Virus record (IMG/VR): IMGVR_UViG_3300037493_003528
Coordinates: 14,811 to 78,810 of that record
DNA: 64,000 nucleotides
Strand: one strand, 5' to 3'
Origin: a virus
Both the position numbers and the translations under genes were made by a program. The notes below the pieces were generated by a model, which searched no databases, had not been told where the DNA came from, and was given only the letters and a program-made list of their open reading frames with translations. This document shows positions 23,482 to 33,070 of the stretch, piece by piece (position 1 is the first letter of the stretch; every line of letters begins with the position of its first letter).

Positions 23482-24600
23482 ATGGATAAAGATATTTTGG
23501 ATAAAATGCTGAGTGCATTTGATGAAATTCAGATGCCTAGAACACCGTATGCACTAGAAAATTTAGTTGTTAATTGCAAATTTACAACTGAACAGCAATA
23601 TGCACAATGTGTGCTAGAATTATCAATAGCATACGACAATTTACGCACTGCTAAATTGAATACTAGAATAAAAGAAATACAAATAAAAAATCATTTGGTA
23701 TTTACAGAAACACAGCGTTGTAAAAGGGATATTTTGATTGTAGAATTGGAACAGTTGAGACGTACTATATTGGGTGCTGTAAGAGAATTTGAGGTGCTGT
23801 TCAACTTGTGGAAAAGTTATCCTATTAAGTATACAAGAGAACAACTAAATGATGCACAAAAAGAAGAATTTAGGATTCGTTTGGAAACACAAGCACAGTT
23901 TGACATGAATGCATCAGGACGTATAAGTGCGAGCAACCAGGAAGGTTTGAGGCAAATTGGTAGAATGACATACCCACAATTGGATGTTTCTAGGGAAGTG
24001 GAAAAAAGATTTTTGGCGGATGGAAAGTTGCGCTGTCTTATGGTAATACCCACCATAAAAAAAGCTGAAACTGGATTGCCATGCATTGAAAATATTGCAT
24101 TTCCTAGTGGTGCTGAGGTTAAAATTTTAAATGTTTTTGATAGAGCTGTTGATGATGCATATAATTATGCAATACAGATGGCTTTGGATGAACAATGTGA
24201 TTTTGTTTTGACAATTGAGGATGATACTTTTCCACCAGCAGATGCATTTGTTAGCTTGTTGAAATTAATAAGAGAAAATTCTAAGTGTGTAGTTGGAGCC
24301 TGGTATCCAAAAAAAGAAGTCAGTTTGCAAGGTGCTCACATAGAAAAGATTGATAATGTACGTGGACCTATGTCAGCGGATGGAACAATAAAAGAGGCAT
24401 ACACAATTGCCATGGGTTGCACACTGTATCCAATTGGAATATTCATGAAAATACCATATCCTTGGTTCAAAACAACACCAAATATGACGCAGGACAGTTT
24501 CTTCTCACAATTAGCTAGGGAAGCTGGGTATAAGTTATTAGTAGATACATCGATAAAGTGCCGTCATATTGATGCAATGACGGGAAAGGTTTATGAATGA
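23482..24600 (+). CDS. coiled-coil domain fused to GT2-like glycosyltransferase
   Basis: LTIEDD, MGCTL, PWF, QDSFF..AGYKLLVDTSIKCRH. Confidence 0.65.
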   Translation: MDKDILDKMLSAFDEIQMPRTPYALENLVVNCKFTTEQQYAQCVLELSIAYDNLRTAKLNTRIKEIQIKNHLVFTETQRCKRDILIVELEQLRRTILGAVREFEVLFNLWKSYPIKYTREQLNDAQKEEFRIRLETQAQFDMNASGRISASNQEGLRQIGRMTYPQLDVSREVEKRFLADGKLRCLMVIPTIKKAETGLPCIENIAFPSGAEVKILNVFDRAVDDAYNYAIQMALDEQCDFVLTIEDDTFPPADAFVSLLKLIRENSKCVVGAWYPKKEVSLQGAHIEKIDNVRGPMSADGTIKEAYTIAMGCTLYPIGIFMKIPYPWFKTTPNMTQDSFFSQLAREAGYKLLVDTSIKCRHIDAMTGKVYE

Positions 24601-25469
24601 TACAGGGAATTGACACCAGTAAGTATGTTGATGATTGGAGAACTCCTAAGACTGTTGATTGGGAACAGTGCAAAGTAGCAGGTTGTAGATTTGTAATCAT
24701 GAGAGCCACTCTCAGTACAGATCAGCAGGATGTAGTTTACAAGTTACATAAGGAAGCACTGAGTGGTATTTTACCTAGAGGATCGTATCATTATTACCGT
24801 ACCACATCTAGCATAAGTGATCAGGTAAGGTATTATTACAATTTTGCTGGATGTTTGGAAATTGCACCTGTTATGGATTTAGAAGATTATTATAAGGAAC
24901 TTCCTTATGGACAAGCGTTGATTAACACTACTGAAAAGTTTCTCGCTGAGTGCGATCAAGCATTTGGTCAGGAAACTATTTTGTATACCAGCTATGATAT
25001 TATCAAGAATTACATGGCATTACCTGCTGGACATCCGTTGACAAAGCGCAAATTATGGATTGCAAATTACGGTGTGAAAAAGCCACACATAGCTCCATGG
25101 ACAGAATATCTTTTGTGGCAATACTCAGACACTGTGGATGATCAGGGTCGTAATGCAACTTATTACGGATTTAATGAGTGCTTTGCATTGGATATGAATA
25201 AATTCCCTGGATCTGAGGAAGATTTTGCGAAATTTACATCCGGAGCAGTTGTTGATCCAATTCCTCCAGTGATTGGTGAGTTTACATTAAAAGCACAAAT
25301 GGAGATGAGGGTCAGGACAGCACCAAATTTATTAGCTCCAGTTATTGGATCAATACCTATTGGTGCAACTATTAAACCTATTGGAATTGGGGGAGTAAAT
25401 GCGTGGGCAGAACTGTCTCCAGGTCGCTGGACATGTGTTCAATTAGATACAGAAGTGTTTTATAAATAG
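24597..25469 (+). CDS. GH25 muramidase endolysin with SH3-like C-terminus
   Basis: GIDTSKY..RGSYHY..PVMDLE..LWIANY..LWQYS..LDMN; MRVRTAP..IGSI. Confidence 0.85.
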   Translation: MIQGIDTSKYVDDWRTPKTVDWEQCKVAGCRFVIMRATLSTDQQDVVYKLHKEALSGILPRGSYHYYRTTSSISDQVRYYYNFAGCLEIAPVMDLEDYYKELPYGQALINTTEKFLAECDQAFGQETILYTSYDIIKNYMALPAGHPLTKRKLWIANYGVKKPHIAPWTEYLLWQYSDTVDDQGRNATYYGFNECFALDMNKFPGSEEDFAKFTSGAVVDPIPPVIGEFTLKAQMEMRVRTAPNLLAPVIGSIPIGATIKPIGIGGVNAWAELSPGRWTCVQLDTEVFYK

Positions 25470-25478
25470 GAGATTATT

Positions 25479-26270
25479 ATGGGTGCAAAAGTATTATACA
25501 TAGATAAAGGGGATGCGATCCCGATAATAATACAATCAGGGATTGACGGGATTGTGGCAAAGCCAGCCCCAACTACATTTGGAATGATAAGCCAGTTATG
25601 TGCTGACAATAAGATACCATGTGGAATATTTTACGAAGTCGATATGTTCTGGTATGCCGACCAGGGATTCGATCCTGGTAATTTTACAAAGTGGCCATTG
25701 CCAGACAAGGATGCACAAATTCAATATTTGGACAGGTTCATCAATGGGCACACGGTTCAATTTTGCATGTTGGATTTTTCGGTCATTAATCGTAATGGGC
25801 AATACCTTGATCCACCCTGGATCGGTAGCGTCGGTAGGCACTTCATGGATATGGTTAGGAAGCGTTACTCGAAACTTATTAAGACCACCTATCTTTATCA
25901 GAATCTAGACCCAGTAACTCATTATCCTGGTAATCAGGAAATAGTCAGGTTGTTATCAGAAGAAAAAGCATCACTTGCTTTTCCTGATTTCGAAACTGGT
26001 ATACTTTCCGGCAAACGTCCTAAGTTACCGTACGATGCCGGTAACTGGGAATGGTGGATGTATTCCAAATCTCCGAAGATGTTTACGTATGCTCACGATG
26101 TAGATAGTTTGCGTAGAGATATGGGACTTACTTCTTTTATAACACCACCTATTATCCCTCCTACTACGAATCCTGGTACTATTCCCTCTGGTGTAGACAT
26201 GGCAACGATAAATTCAAAGCTGGACGCTATTTTAGTGGCAACAAGCCGGATTAATTCAAAGTTCACGTAA
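25479..26270 (+). CDS. divergent GH25-like protein
   Basis: Weak GH25-like pattern (CMLDF, YLY, WEWWMYS) next to lysin. Confidence 0.4.
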   Translation: MGAKVLYIDKGDAIPIIIQSGIDGIVAKPAPTTFGMISQLCADNKIPCGIFYEVDMFWYADQGFDPGNFTKWPLPDKDAQIQYLDRFINGHTVQFCMLDFSVINRNGQYLDPPWIGSVGRHFMDMVRKRYSKLIKTTYLYQNLDPVTHYPGNQEIVRLLSEEKASLAFPDFETGILSGKRPKLPYDAGNWEWWMYSKSPKMFTYAHDVDSLRRDMGLTSFITPPIIPPTTNPGTIPSGVDMATINSKLDAILVATSRINSKFT

Positions 26271-26281
26271 GGAGGAGCATT

Positions 26282-26572
26282 ATGGTAGTGTTTTCAGGAG
26301 TCAATTTGTGCCTATCGATGCTGTTGTTAATGTCCTCGGTTAGGTATTACTATAAGGTCAAAAATGTTTGCAATTGGGCATGGTTGTTATTTTTGACAAT
26401 TGCCATTTCGGTAGGATGGGTAATTGTGTATGCTATAACGTTATTTACACCAGAGGCTATCCATTCCAGTTTTAATGCTGAAGTAACAAACCCGCTATTC
26501 ACATTGACATTAACGTTGATGGTAGCAAACCAATTAATAGGAGCAAAGCGTTATGCAAATAAACTTAGTTGA
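26282..26572 (+). CDS. three-TM membrane protein (lysis region)
   Basis: Three hydrophobic segments; AGGAGG RBS. Confidence 0.6.
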   Translation: MVVFSGVNLCLSMLLLMSSVRYYYKVKNVCNWAWLLFLTIAISVGWVIVYAITLFTPEAIHSSFNAEVTNPLFTLTLTLMVANQLIGAKRYANKLS

Positions 26573-26912
26573 TATTATCTCCGGAATAGGAGTATTAATA
26601 ATTTTATGGAAAGCCATGAAGCTGACTCCCAAAGAAGGGAAGGTACTGGATGCGGATGCAGTACTCAAGTATCAGGAAGCATTAACTAATCAAATTAGCA
26701 TAAGTGATGAACTGCGAAAATGCATTACACTTTTGGAAGATGAAGCTAAAGTGTGGCACGCTAAACAAGAAAAATTTGAAGATACGGTTATGAAACTGAA
26801 TCTTAAAATCGAGAATCTGCAAACCGCAGTTGATCTGCTATCTGCTCAGGTTACCTTACTTGGCGGAGAACCATTTGGAAAAAAGAAAGAAGGAAAGGAG
26901 GTGAATAAATGA
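26553..26912 (+). CDS. membrane-anchored coiled-coil protein (lysis region)
   Basis: N-terminal TM then heptad-like region. Confidence 0.6.
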   Translation: MQINLVDIISGIGVLIILWKAMKLTPKEGKVLDADAVLKYQEALTNQISISDELRKCITLLEDEAKVWHAKQEKFEDTVMKLNLKIENLQTAVDLLSAQVTLLGGEPFGKKKEGKEVNK

Positions 26913-27100
26913 ATACAAAACTAAAGTACCTATTGACAAGTCGCAAGTTCTGGGCAGCGTTTATCGGACTGGCTTTAATGACTACAAAAACATTTAAACC
27001 AGATTTCCCAATTGCGGAAGAGGAGTTAACCAACATTGTCTACATTCTTGTAGCATATATTGTTGGAACAAGTATTGAGACAAAAGCTAGGAGTGGATAA
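26909..27100 (+). CDS. putative holin
   Basis: LTSRKFWAAFIGL..AYIVG two-TM pattern near lysin. Confidence 0.65.
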   Translation: MNTKLKYLLTSRKFWAAFIGLALMTTKTFKPDFPIAEEELTNIVYILVAYIVGTSIETKARSG

Positions 27101-27318
27101 TGAATTTTGGATTAGCATTTGAGATGGTGAAACTTGGTAATGGTATGAGATTACCACATTGGAGTTCTGATGTTGTTATACGAGCACAATTACCTGATGC
27201 AAACAGTAAAATGACAGTTCCATATTTGTATGTTAGCAGTCGACTTGGTTGTGTTCCATGGGTAGTAACTGTAATAGAATTGTTTGCTACAAATTGGGAA
27301 GTTGTTTCTGTTGATTAA
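27100..27318 (+). CDS. DUF2829 / Tad2-like (Thoeris anti-defence 2) protein
   Basis: MNFGLAFEMVKLG..R..W..PYLY..VPW....ELFATNWEVV matches the MxFxxA..G..RxxW..PW..DxxAxDW pattern. Confidence 0.7.
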   Translation: MNFGLAFEMVKLGNGMRLPHWSSDVVIRAQLPDANSKMTVPYLYVSSRLGCVPWVVTVIELFATNWEVVSVD

Positions 27319-27331
27319 ATTTGTAAGCATG

Positions 27332-27342
27332 CAAGTTTAGTA
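27332..27342 (+). promoter_or_regulatory. promoter-like motif CAAGTTTAGTA
   Basis: Ends 4 nt before ATG 27347; no SD, possibly leaderless. Confidence 0.6.
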
Positions 27343-27346
27343 ATGC

Positions 27347-28474
27347 ATGAGAACAAAACTTAGATTACATGTATTAGGTTTAGCTCACGTCCCTACTCAT
27401 AGGGACGTGAGTATGTGTGCATACACACAGAAGATTTTGAAGTTTTCTGAGATGATGACAGAATTGGGTCACGAGGTTTATCTTTATTGTGGAGAGGGTA
27501 GTGATGTTAAGTGCACAGAATTGATACAATGTATCACTAACCAGGAGCGTATTGATTGTTATGGTGATTATGACTGGCGCACTGAGTTTTTCAAACATGA
27601 TGGTAAAGACTCTGCATACGTAACATTCAATAACAATGCCGTAAGAGAGATAAATAAGAGAAAAGAAAACAAAGATATTCTATGTATCACAATGGGAAAT
27701 TACCAGCAGGTTGTTATTGATGGTACTGGTTTACTTGCAGTAGAGACAGGAATAGGTTATACAGGTACGTGCACAAAGTTCAAGGTATATGAATCATATT
27801 CTTGGATGCATTACATGTATGGTATTACAAGAGTAAATGATGGACCATCGTACGATTGTGTTATACCAAATTATTTTTATCCTGCTGATTTTCCATATGT
27901 TAAAAAGAAGAAAGATTATTACCTTTACATTGGCAGAATTATATTACGTAAGGGTGTAGACATTGCAGTTCAGGTAACTAAGGAAATTGGTGCTACACTT
28001 ATAATCGCAGGACAGGGTACTCTCAAAAATGAGACAGAACATATTGATATTCAAGGGGATCATATTAAGTTTGTTGGTTCTGTTTTATCTGCCGAACGAT
28101 CTGTATTGATGGGAAATGCTAAAGCAGTATTTGTTCCAACTTATTACATAGAACCATTTGGTGGAGTAGCTGTAGAAGCCATGATGTGCGGTACTCCAGT
28201 AATAACTAGTGATTGGGGCGCATTTACGGAAACTGTTCTACATGGAGTCACTGGGTATCGTTGTCGTACTATTGATGACTATATCTGGTCGGCAAAGAAT
28301 ATCAATAAAATATCCACTAGGGCGTGTAGGGACTGGGCAATTAGAAATTTTTCGTGTGAAAGAATTGGTGCAATGTATGAGGAATATTTCTTTAAGATAA
28401 TGGATTTATGGAAATCTGGGTGGGGAGAATTACATCCTGAAAGAACTGAATTAAATTGGTTAAGGAAATATTAA
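27347..28474 (+). CDS. GT4 (GT-B) glycosyltransferase
   Basis: YIGRIILRKG..EPFGGVAVEAMMCGTPVI. Confidence 0.88.
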   Translation: MRTKLRLHVLGLAHVPTHRDVSMCAYTQKILKFSEMMTELGHEVYLYCGEGSDVKCTELIQCITNQERIDCYGDYDWRTEFFKHDGKDSAYVTFNNNAVREINKRKENKDILCITMGNYQQVVIDGTGLLAVETGIGYTGTCTKFKVYESYSWMHYMYGITRVNDGPSYDCVIPNYFYPADFPYVKKKKDYYLYIGRIILRKGVDIAVQVTKEIGATLIIAGQGTLKNETEHIDIQGDHIKFVGSVLSAERSVLMGNAKAVFVPTYYIEPFGGVAVEAMMCGTPVITSDWGAFTETVLHGVTGYRCRTIDDYIWSAKNINKISTRACRDWAIRNFSCERIGAMYEEYFFKIMDLWKSGWGELHPERTELNWLRKY

Positions 28475-28478
28475 CTTT

Positions 28479-29039
28479 ATGGATAAAAAATATTTTACTG
28501 AGTTAACCATTGAAGAAACACCGTTTGCTAATAATCTTGGTGCTGCAATCATTGATATATTTGCTCCTAAATCAGTGGTAGATGTTGGTTGCGCTACAGG
28601 TTTGTATCTTAAACCGTTGATAGAGAATAATATTGCAGTTCTCGGGATAGATTCTAGCGGTGTTGCTGTAGAAAATGCAGTTATACCACTGAAATATTTA
28701 GTGAGAGTTAACATCTTGGATCTATCATTAAAGTTACAAAGGAATATGTATGATTTATGTATATGCTTGGAAGTTTTGGAGCATATAGAAGCACAGTATT
28801 CACTAAAAGTTATCAAGAATCTTGTGCAACTATCAGATACAATTATATTTTCTGCTGCACAACCTATGCAGGGTGGGGAGGGACACGTGAATTGTCGTCC
28901 ACGCAATTATTGGGAATCTTTATTCGTTTCCCTAAATTTTTATAGAGATATTGAGAAAGAGATTTTATTGAAGGAAAGGATTCTTAAAGGAGTATATATG
29001 GGATGGTTCATAAACAATTTTATGATATTCATTAAGTAG
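28479..29039 (+). CDS. class I SAM-dependent methyltransferase
   Basis: VVDVGCATG, CLEVLEHI, QGGEGHVN. Confidence 0.85.
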   Translation: MDKKYFTELTIEETPFANNLGAAIIDIFAPKSVVDVGCATGLYLKPLIENNIAVLGIDSSGVAVENAVIPLKYLVRVNILDLSLKLQRNMYDLCICLEVLEHIEAQYSLKVIKNLVQLSDTIIFSAAQPMQGGEGHVNCRPRNYWESLFVSLNFYRDIEKEILLKERILKGVYMGWFINNFMIFIK

Positions 29040-29061
29040 CGGTATATTTATACGACAATAG

Positions 29062-29072
29062 CAAGTTTAGCA
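29062..29072 (+). promoter_or_regulatory. promoter-like motif variant CAAGTTTAGCA
   Basis: Upstream of 29105. Confidence 0.55.
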
Positions 29073-29104
29073 AATTAGACTAAATTTTGTTATTGGAGGA
29101 TATT

Positions 29105-30199
29105 ATGAGTTACATAAATTTTACTACGGCTCTCGTCAACGAACTGGGAAATTTGTTGGATGATGGGAAGTTTGTTGATATTGTAGGACGTACTGGTGTC
29201 AAGTCTTCAACACTTGAACTAACTGGTCGACTCATAACCATAGATAAACCTACTGAGCGTGTTATATGCATTCCTCACAGGAATAATAACATATTTGCTA
29301 CAGTTGCAGAGACTGTATGGGTTCTTGCTGGTCGCAATGATGTTAATTTCTTATCAAGATATTTACCTAGAGCGGTAAATTTCTCGGATGATGGTGTCGT
29401 GTGGAGAGCTGGTTATGGTCCCAGACTTAGGAATTATGACGGTGTAGATCAGATAATGAATGTTGTAAATATACTAAAGAGTAACCTTACCAGCCGTCAG
29501 GCTGTTATATCAATATTTGATCCACGAAAAGATTATGAAGATTCAAAAGATATCCCATGCACAAATTGGATACACTTCATGGTGCGTGATGGTAAATTAC
29601 TCATGTCAATAGTGATGCGTAGTAATGATATAATTTGGGGTGCGTCTGGGATTAACTGGTTTGAGTGGTCTGTCTTACACGAATATGTTGCACAAGCAGT
29701 TGGTGTGGATGTTGGAAAAATGACATATTTTGCAGATTCCCTGCACCTGTACTCAGATCATTATGGTAAAGCAGAGAAAATCGTTAAAACATATACATCT
29801 AATATGTATACTGCTTTTGGATTCGAGTCTGATAAGTTAGTCGTTGGTGCTGATATGGATGAAATACTCAGTGAGATTCTTGAAATTGAAGACATGATAT
29901 CGGTTAATGCTTATGCTAGGGGAGGCATGACAATCTTCTCAGATCCAGATGCTGGTTTACTGGGTCGTTTTCGGGATATGCTTATTTTGTGGAATTTCAT
30001 AAAAATTGACGATACATATGGTATCACACACGTTTTGAATAGTATGTATCGTGAGAATGGTAACTTGGATTTGAGGGTTGCTGCGATAGAGTATATAACA
30101 AGAACAAAGGAATTACCGTCGGGTGTTCCAGTTCATCCAAATGAAATCGCATTTTTGTCACAATTTTCTGCTACAAATAAGGTCACGAATTTATTGTGA
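29105..30199 (+). CDS. thymidylate-synthase-superfamily enzyme, probably dUMP hydroxymethylase (start revised to 29105)
   Basis: YGPRL..SRQAVI..DIPC..MRSNDIIWG..IN..SLHLY; Asn at the specificity position suggests dUMP; GGAGG RBS. Confidence 0.75.
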   Translation: MSYINFTTALVNELGNLLDDGKFVDIVGRTGVKSSTLELTGRLITIDKPTERVICIPHRNNNIFATVAETVWVLAGRNDVNFLSRYLPRAVNFSDDGVVWRAGYGPRLRNYDGVDQIMNVVNILKSNLTSRQAVISIFDPRKDYEDSKDIPCTNWIHFMVRDGKLLMSIVMRSNDIIWGASGINWFEWSVLHEYVAQAVGVDVGKMTYFADSLHLYSDHYGKAEKIVKTYTSNMYTAFGFESDKLVVGADMDEILSEILEIEDMISVNAYARGGMTIFSDPDAGLLGRFRDMLILWNFIKIDDTYGITHVLNSMYRENGNLDLRVAAIEYITRTKELPSGVPVHPNEIAFLSQFSATNKVTNLL

Positions 30200-30343
30200 T
30201 TTATATAACACTTTTCCGTGGTCGGAATCTCCAGGTACACTATATAATACCGTGCATTGTATATAGCTGTGCAAATTTAGATAATAATGATAATAGTTAT
30301 AATAATGTATAATAAGAATCAATCAAAAAAGCTTTATACAATA

Positions 30344-30369
30344 TTACAGTATACTAACGTATACTGTAA
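30344..30369. promoter_or_regulatory. 11-bp inverted repeat in AT-rich intergenic region before portal
   Basis: TTACAGTATAC-TAAC-GTATACTGTAA. Confidence 0.5.
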
Positions 30370-30405
30370 ATTGTAAGGGATCTCCGATCCCACAAGGATA
30401 ATATA

Positions 30406-32367
30406 ATGAATACTTTTCAAAGATTGAAGATGGGATTGGAAATTGGTTTACGAGCTGTTAGGAATGCTAACAACATAGAAACTATTTCTAACAGAATTGA
30501 TGATATGGTCAGTGAAGGCATAATGGAGGAAAAGGAAGCGTTCTCCAACAAGTCATTATTGGATGTCCGTAATACCAAATCAGATACAGCGTACGCATCT
30601 GCATACTATCTCCTCAGAAACTTTGCAACCAAATCAGATGTTATCCCAGAATATGGAACACAGCAGAGAGATATTTATATCTCGAATTTGTGGCGTAATG
30701 AACCTATCTTGGCAGGTGCAATTTATTCCATGTCTGCAAAAATGACAGCTCAGTCCTGGAGGATAGCTGGTAGGAGAAATTCTGCGCAGAAATTTGCAAA
30801 GTTATTTGCTAGATCTGCGCACATTGGTGGTTATGATTGGGGTGGTTTTATCTCATCAGTTGCACAGGATTTTTATACCACGGATCGTGGAGTATTCTTG
30901 GAAACACCACGTGATGGAGATCAGTATAGTCCTATTACTGAGATAGGGCACATGGATGCATTATGTTGCCAGCTCACAGGAAATACTAAGATTCCTGTAG
31001 AATACAATTCTGAATTGACTGGTCAGAGGATACGCTTTAAACCTGGAGAGGTTATGCACTTCTCGTCGTTACCATCCACCAGAGAAATAAATGTTGGTGC
31101 TGGATTCTGTGCAGTATCAAGAGCCTTATCTGCAGCAAAACTACTGATGGGATTGCACGATTATGATGCCGAGAAATTGAATAATCTTCCACCAGAGGGT
31201 GTTGCTGCAGTAACAGGTATGACAATGGACGAGTTTAATGACGCTATTTCTTTATGGATGGCTAAGAGAAAGCAAAATGATTCTCTAACATTCCCACAAG
31301 TTTTGTGGCTTATTGGATCGCAACCAAACTCTACTGTAGCAGTTAATTTTACAGGCTTTTCACAATTACCAGAATCGTTTGATAGGACAACCGTTGTTAC
31401 ACAATATGTTAATACGTTAGCATTATGTTTTGGTGTAGATGTTAGAGAGTTTTGGGCAGTTTCATCTGGTGCATTGGGAACTGCTGGTGAGTCAGAGATC
31501 CAACATTTGAAGGCAAAGGGTAAGGGTGCGGGAGAGTTTATCTCAATTACAGAACGTCACATTAATGGTGAATTGCCAGAGGGTGTAGATTTTGAGTATG
31601 ATACAAAAGATATTGATGAGGATCTGGTTGCAGCTAATACTGCTAAGGCTTGGATAGATGCATTCTTACCACTGTATACTTCCAAACCAGGAACATCTGG
31701 TCCAGTTGCTGGTCCTGGTGCTGGTCCTGGAGGACAGGCTCTAAATAATCCTACTGGTGCAAATGGTCCTAAGCTCAGTCCAGCGTTTGGATCCCCTAGT
31801 GCACAGCTGAAGAAAGAGGCAATGACTGGAGCAACAGGACCAACAGGCTCCGATCAATCTGGTCCACCCGACAAACAAAATCCAAATGCTCCACAAAAAG
31901 AAGAGGAACCTGTTATAACCAAAAAACAATTACTACGGTTATTAGCGGATAAAGGTGTTTTACCAGATTACATGGTTACAGATGAGCGTACGGTTATTGT
32001 AGATTCTGATATCCATAAAGAAGGCCATGGGGATGATTTTACAGAATTTGTTTGGAAGGCTGGAATTTTAACAGAGCGTAGGTTACCACCTATAACTTTG
32101 GTTAGTCCTACAGTTGTAGACTTTTCAAAGATAGATGTTTCTATTGTTACAAAATCAGATGATCCAATAGTTGCAGTGGAAGATGTTCCTGTTGTTAAAA
32201 GGAATATTGTCGGTAAACCTATACCAGATCAGGAAGTTGAACGTGGTGTTCGTATTACAAGAGCAGTGATAAAATCAGAAAGTAAGTTGTGGCGAAGTAA
32301 TCCAGATTTAAAAGATCATGCATTAACCGTGGAAGAAGAGGATACATACTTAGATGACAAGAGCTAG
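30406..32367 (+). CDS. portal protein
   Basis: Size and position before MuF/protease/capsid; portal-like helical core, low-complexity C-terminal tail. Confidence 0.7.
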   Translation: MNTFQRLKMGLEIGLRAVRNANNIETISNRIDDMVSEGIMEEKEAFSNKSLLDVRNTKSDTAYASAYYLLRNFATKSDVIPEYGTQQRDIYISNLWRNEPILAGAIYSMSAKMTAQSWRIAGRRNSAQKFAKLFARSAHIGGYDWGGFISSVAQDFYTTDRGVFLETPRDGDQYSPITEIGHMDALCCQLTGNTKIPVEYNSELTGQRIRFKPGEVMHFSSLPSTREINVGAGFCAVSRALSAAKLLMGLHDYDAEKLNNLPPEGVAAVTGMTMDEFNDAISLWMAKRKQNDSLTFPQVLWLIGSQPNSTVAVNFTGFSQLPESFDRTTVVTQYVNTLALCFGVDVREFWAVSSGALGTAGESEIQHLKAKGKGAGEFISITERHINGELPEGVDFEYDTKDIDEDLVAANTAKAWIDAFLPLYTSKPGTSGPVAGPGAGPGGQALNNPTGANGPKLSPAFGSPSAQLKKEAMTGATGPTGSDQSGPPDKQNPNAPQKEEEPVITKKQLLRLLADKGVLPDYMVTDERTVIVDSDIHKEGHGDDFTEFVWKAGILTERRLPPITLVSPTVVDFSKIDVSIVTKSDDPIVAVEDVPVVKRNIVGKPIPDQEVERGVRITRAVIKSESKLWRSNPDLKDHALTVEEEDTYLDDKS

Positions 32368-33022
32368 GGTTGTATACGTTCCAGATGAAATTATAACAAA
32401 GCAACTTCCAATATCTGAAGAGAGTAAGGGAATTCTGATAGATATTAGACAGAACATATTTGATACAATGGTAAATAATTTATCTGAGAAAATGTATTCT
32501 GGTGATATTTCTCTTGGTCAGTGGGAAGAGTCCATGAAGAATTCTATCAGAGAATTGCATGCTAGTGTATCAGCGATTGCTAAGGGTGGTTGGGATAATA
32601 TGTCATCAGTAGATTGGGGTCGTCTTGGTACACCATTAAGAGAGCAGTATAAATACCTTCACAAATTTGCAAATGATATTTCTGCATCACGTGATACAAT
32701 ATCATTAGCAAAGATTAAGGCACGTGCACGGTTATATGGTTTGGCATCATCTGGTACTGCAGCATTGGTGGAAGCTGGTCCCATATTTGAGTACTTACTT
32801 CCTTACATGCCGAGGGACGGCTCGACCGAATGTTTGGTTGGATGTAAGTGTAGATGGGTGCTTAATGTTATTTCAAAGACAAAACAGTCGCAAAAGGTAA
32901 GAGCTGTTTGGAAACTATCTGTTGCAGAACATTGTAAAACATGTATATCAAGGAATGAGCACGAGGAAATCTTGGTTATTCCTACAAATATAGAAGTACC
33001 AAATAACATTGGTGGGTACTAA
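32354..33022 (+). CDS. MuF / gp7-like minor head morphogenesis protein
   Basis: After portal; ARARLY, PRDGSTECLVGCKCRW, EHCKTC. Confidence 0.55.
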   Translation: MTRARVVYVPDEIITKQLPISEESKGILIDIRQNIFDTMVNNLSEKMYSGDISLGQWEESMKNSIRELHASVSAIAKGGWDNMSSVDWGRLGTPLREQYKYLHKFANDISASRDTISLAKIKARARLYGLASSGTAALVEAGPIFEYLLPYMPRDGSTECLVGCKCRWVLNVISKTKQSQKVRAVWKLSVAEHCKTCISRNEHEEILVIPTNIEVPNNIGGY

Positions 33023-33070
33023 CACATGATTGTTGAAGTTGTCAGGTATATTTGTTTATGAGGATTTCAT

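Noticed and set aside
32354-33022. MuF-toxin fusion
   Set aside because: The MuF-like protein is short with no toxin extension; toxin-like domains are on separate tagged genes.
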